Positions 59,502-64,000 of a stretch of DNA of 64,000 bases are shown one piece after another. The DNA comes from Bispira polyomma (lineage: Eukaryota), in contig OZ287761.1 of the NCBI GenBank assembly GCA_965649765.1, positions 21,452,001-21,516,000 of the forward strand, in the 5' to 3' direction. A program made the position numbers and the translations under genes. Under the pieces are notes generated by a model. The model was given only the letters and a program-made list of their open reading frames with translations. It was not told the origin of the DNA and did no database searches. How positions within the stretch are numbered: position 1 is the first letter of the stretch; each line of letters starts with the position of its first letter.

Positions 59502-60822
59502 TTACGCTTTAAGATGTCTGTTGATGTTGATCTCCTCCCTGAGTTGAGTTAGTATCTGTCCTAATATATTTTCTCCAAGCCAACAGCTTTCATCCAAAAT
59601 GTCAGGGTCTGCAAGTGATAGTCCATATGAAAAAAAAAACTTGTCTCTCTGATTAGCTTCAACCAATGTCCCTCTGGATGATAGTAGTTTCTCCCTCAGC
59701 TGTGGATTTTGACTATATTTTAGTTGGTTTGGTTTTTTTTCATTGTAGTTTTGGCCACTCTCCTCCATTTGGTTTCATCGATCCCTTTGATACAGTGGGA
59801 TATAGCTATAATGTTCCTGGGCTGTTCAGCTTTCATGACAGCACTAGCTGCAATTTCATCAATCGAAGTGTAGACTTCTCTCTTGTTGGTAATACTGTTC
59901 TGCACAGGAGTATTCAGATTATCCATCATTGAAAGGACTTGGATGAAAGAAACATTCGCGTCCCAAGAAAAAAGCATAATTGCACTGCTTGATAAAGTGT
60001 TCACCTGTAGTGGCCCAGCGTAGTCTCTCTAGCAGTTTATCCAGGTTATCCACAGTGTACTTAACACCATCCAGAATAAGTTTGTTACCTTGTAGGGAAC
60101 ATTTTTTAACACCATTATCCCGTTTTGCAGCTTTCAATACAGGTAAAAAAATCTTTGTTTTTCTTCACTGTATCTGGGAAGTCTTCCCGGACTATATATA
60201 CATTGTTCTTAAGCTTCCAGCTGGCATGCAAAATTATCTCTCGGTCAAGGTAGTAATGAAATCTTACTATATTTGTCGTAGGCTTTCTGGCACTATATGG
60301 AACTGTGTGAGGTGGTCTACCCAGTCTGTGGGCTCTTAATAGTTGAATTTGTTCTACATCCCTTATAGGCAATCTATCCCTGATAAAATCATAAACTTTT
60401 GTTTTTACATCCTTTTTTTGGCGATTCAGCAATACCCTCAAATAGCAGGCTCTCTCTCCTGGAGTACATTTGTAAATTTGTTACTTCTTCTTTTAACTGT
60501 TTTATTGCAGAGGCTTGCTCTTTTGTTTTAACTTCCAGTCTATCCACTTCACCTTCTAGGTTATTGATTTTAGCCTTTAGTTCTGCTTCCACTTTTTTCA
60601 TAGACCTATTTTCAATTTTTATGATGTCCAATTTCTGTATTAAGAAGGAAAAGGCTTTAACAAACCACTTAGGAGCTGTACTTTGCACTTTTAAATTGGT
60701 TCATATTTAGATTTGTCCATATCCACATTGTCTTTATTTGGTGAACAATTGCTATCCATTCTCTTTACTACTTGTTCAGATAATGGGGACACTATATGAT
60801 CATAAGCCCCTCTTTTACTCAT
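59502..60822 (-). pseudogene. LINE ORF1-like protein (coiled coil, RRM, CTD) fused to a C-terminal NADAR (YbiA-like) domain, frameshifted
   Basis: coiled coil then YSRRESLLFEGIAE, RAHRLG, IVRFHYY.DRE.IL, VREDFP; NADAR motifs EQYYQ, KYSQNPQLREKLL..LVEANQRD, GLS, WLGENILGQILTQLRE. Confidence 0.82.
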
Positions 60823-62606
60823 TCTATCACTAAATATAATTTTCAGTCATTACAAAACCAAATTCCAGTTGTAATTGTTACCTGTTTTTCCAGTACATGT
60901 AATATATTTCCTTTGACAGTATTATATCAACTCTAGGATAGCTTATATACCAGTACACACTGCCTGTTTTTACAATACATGTATTACATTTCCTTTAATA
61001 GAACATCAGCATTCTAGGTTAATTTATACTATACCCCCAAGACTAAGTTAATCAATAAACATGACACCCATATGCTTTAATTAGTCTTTCTAAATTCACT
61101 TTGCACTGAACATATATTTTCACTACATATCCGGTACCATAATTTTGCACTGAACATATATTTTCACTACATATCCGGTACCATAATTTGTCACTGATTC
61201 AGGTTATGGTTGCAGGAGATTGTTTTTATTCCTGAACAATCTGTACCTCTCTGGTTTTAACAAGTTCACTTCTTGACACTTTGGTGCTTTCTGTCCCTAA
61301 TTGTTGGTTGTGTATCTTTCTTCTCTTAACGCCTCAGTGCACAGTAATGTGTGTTTAAAAGGTTAAAACAGTTTTCCACAATTTTCCAAATTTTTAGTTC
61401 AAATTTCTCTTTTGTATCTTTTCTCTTCTTACAAAGTAAAAGGCTCAGTATATGCTTTACAATGTACACTTTCAGATGATATCCTATTTTCCATGAACAA
61501 AAGTTTCTAATGTATCTGAAAACACTTTAAAAGCTGAATTTTTTTCAAATTTCACAACTCACAAAATGTGAAATATCTTGTTAAATATAACTACATTTAT
61601 TTTGGATTTGAACATGGGAACTATTATGATTATAAACTTTCAACACCGTTTCCAGAGGAAGAAAAACTAGATCTATTTAGAAAAACATTTTTAATACAAC
61701 ATATATCAAGTTATTTAGTCTGTATATGAAATATAAATGTAGGATATGCATTTAGGCAAACCTATGTGAAAATACGAATATAATTGACACCACAGTATTG
61801 CTCGACACCACAGTATGGCTCAAGTTAACATTACTCTTGTTTTGACATCAGTTTGCAATCTCAACAACTTTATACATCAACTCAACATTTTAAAGCGACA
61901 TCAAAAAATTGCTATGTATTATTCTGATATACCATTTTTTATTATCCCACATTTTTAAAATGTTTTAGGCGTAATATTTATTAACACTAAAAAAAAGTAT
62001 ACATTACCAATATTTTGTTGGTATTTCTGTGAAAATATTATGCAGGAAGTATAATTACTTTTTATAAATATACAGAATTTTTTGTTCTAAATCAACCTGT
62101 GGTGATTCCTAAAAGTCAGTGTGGATACACAACACTTAAACTACTTCAAGAGCTATATATTTACATCTTTACACATATATACATGAATGGGAAAATAAGA
62201 TTTATATCACAACAGCTTCAATATCACAGATGGCAACCTGAGTGGTCACATAACATTATTAGAGCCAGTGAAACAACAGCCCTGTAACAATCTTAGAGCC
62301 AGTGAAACAATAGCTTTAACGCCATTGTTCTATGGGCATTAAAATAGCTAATCTGTATACTGTACACATAACTGACACATAGTATATCAGATGAGGGACC
62401 ACCTCCTAAAGGAACCTTAACCACCCTGTTAACATCGAGTTTACGAAGATAGTACTTATTGAAATTCTATTTTCAATTTTAACCCATGTGACCAGGTCAC
62501 TTTTCATGAGGACCATATTTAGATCTGTTACAGAAAACAAATATCTGGATTATTTCCTAGTGGTAACTAAAATATTCTGTATGACATATATCATTTTCCT
62601 AAAATC

Positions 62607-63183
62607 TTACATCTTGGTTTCTGCTGAAATTGGAGTGGGATATATTTCATCATAAGCTGGTGGCATGGGTATATCAAACTCAGTTTCGTATGCAGGTGGC
62701 TTTGGGCCAGATCTTGCATACTGAAGCAAGCCAGGCTGATCTGGAGGTCCCTGCTCTCTTCCAATGGAGTCAATCTGGCCAGAGGCATTGAATTCCGGCT
62801 GTACTTCTAAATTGTTCACCAAAGCTTGGCGTCCAGAGGTTTGCGTTGTAAACAATTGTTGAGTGGATGGCCTGCTACTTGACTGTGTGGACGCATGGTT
62901 TCCCACAGTATTATGGTGGATGGGGTAACCTGGTCTCAACTCGTGGGCACTGTATTCAGATTCTCTCGATGAGATAACATCACTCTCTACAGGGATAAAG
63001 TGCCGGTTCTGGACTCCGTGGGATATTGCATGTGTGTTACGGCTGTGTTTTGGGGCCTGGTGTAACCGTGTGTTGTTACTGCTGAATACCCCAAGACTAA
63101 CTGTTCCAAAACCCCTCCGCTGAGGCTGGGTGGTGCCATGATGAACACGCTGTTGTCTTTTCATTCTTGCCTTTTTGTTACAC
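62607..63183 (-). CDS. Probable terminal exon: cytoplasmic tail of a membrane protein with two PPxY motifs
   Basis: GC-richer open frame CNKKARMKR...KPPAYE...PPAYDEIY...ETKM*; possible acceptor caaag|G at 63184; upstream exons not identified. Confidence 0.55.
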
Positions 63184-64000
63184 CTTTGACACATACATGA
63201 ATACATGTGTATCAATATTATATTATACTTACATATGAGAAAACCAACACATATAATTATACACAGAGAATATGCAGACAATGTACACATAGTATATGGA
63301 CAGAGAAATATACAGTAATTTAGCAGCATAAAGTGAGTCGATTTTTGCAACTTCGATTATTTTAGCAGTAGAATATAATTTAGTGTAAGTGTAAAATAGT
63401 TTTATTGATGACTCCCAACCCACTTTTGTTACCCTATACATATATACATATATTTATAGCATTAAAAGAATGTTGCTTGAACGCAATGGAGTTTTTGAAC
63501 GTCTCTCGAAATGTTAGGGGTAACCCTTCAAAACTATAACCGCTAAACTTCTAGGTTTAGTAGGAACCACGTGGTAGACTACAGAAAAATACGAAAGAAA
63601 TAGTGTAAAGTGAAACGGTGAATAAATAACAATATCTTCTAAGAAAAGAGAGATCTGGCGTGTCTGATTAAGTATGTAATGTATTGAAAGTTTATGGAAG
63701 TATTTGTCGCTATTTAAAATAGATGTCCCTTTGGAATTAACGAAATAACTTACTTTATTTTGTGTTCGCGAGCGATAATAGGTGTACTAGAAGGATTTTG
63801 TTTGGACCAGTTAATCTAATCTAATCGTACTTTTATAGCGCTTAATCTTTGTACAACAAATTCTAAGTCGCAACTAACCTAAGCATTAATAAAAAAAAAA
63901 TCAGAAATGGGGGACGGATGGTGGTCATAACCAGAGAGACCACAGGGATGGTTGCGATGACTAAGGTGGAAAGGCCTGTTCGAAAAGGTAGGCCTTCAAT

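Noticed and set aside
63184-63350. Hydrophobic N-terminal extension of the 247-aa ORF as a TM segment
   Set aside because: AT-rich and intron-like; the nearby gtaagt donor is phase-incompatible with the proposed acceptor, so it is unresolved

Overview
AT-rich animal genomic DNA, probably lophotrochozoan/molluscan (an inference from repeat types and gene style). The main feature is one large + strand gene, traced by hand as 26 phase-compatible GT-AG exons (4699..44205, about 2170 aa visible, 5' end outside the window). Its architecture is unusual: ConA/pentraxin-like LamG module(s), then an alpha-neurexin-like LNS-LNS-EGF-LNS-LNS-EGF-LNS ectodomain, a Pro/Gly-rich stalk and one TM helix. The ~750 aa cytoplasmic part has four TQT (LC8-type) motifs and a C-terminal WD40 region. 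About a dozen of its exon boundaries are flanked by degenerate tandem copies ('echoes') of the splice junction itself. Introns hold several MITE families, tRNA-derived SINEs (three with clear TSDs), a Harbinger-like element with a MADF exon, and a DIRS gag fragment. Downstream (54.7-61 kb, minus strand) is a decayed retroelement cluster: L2/CR1 RT fragments, a DIRS remnant (RNase H, tyrosine recombinase), and a LINE ORF1-like protein fused to a NADAR domain directly upstream of an RT fragment. The window ends with the probable last exon of a minus-strand gene carrying two PPxY motifs. No database searches were run; all domain calls come from motif recognition.
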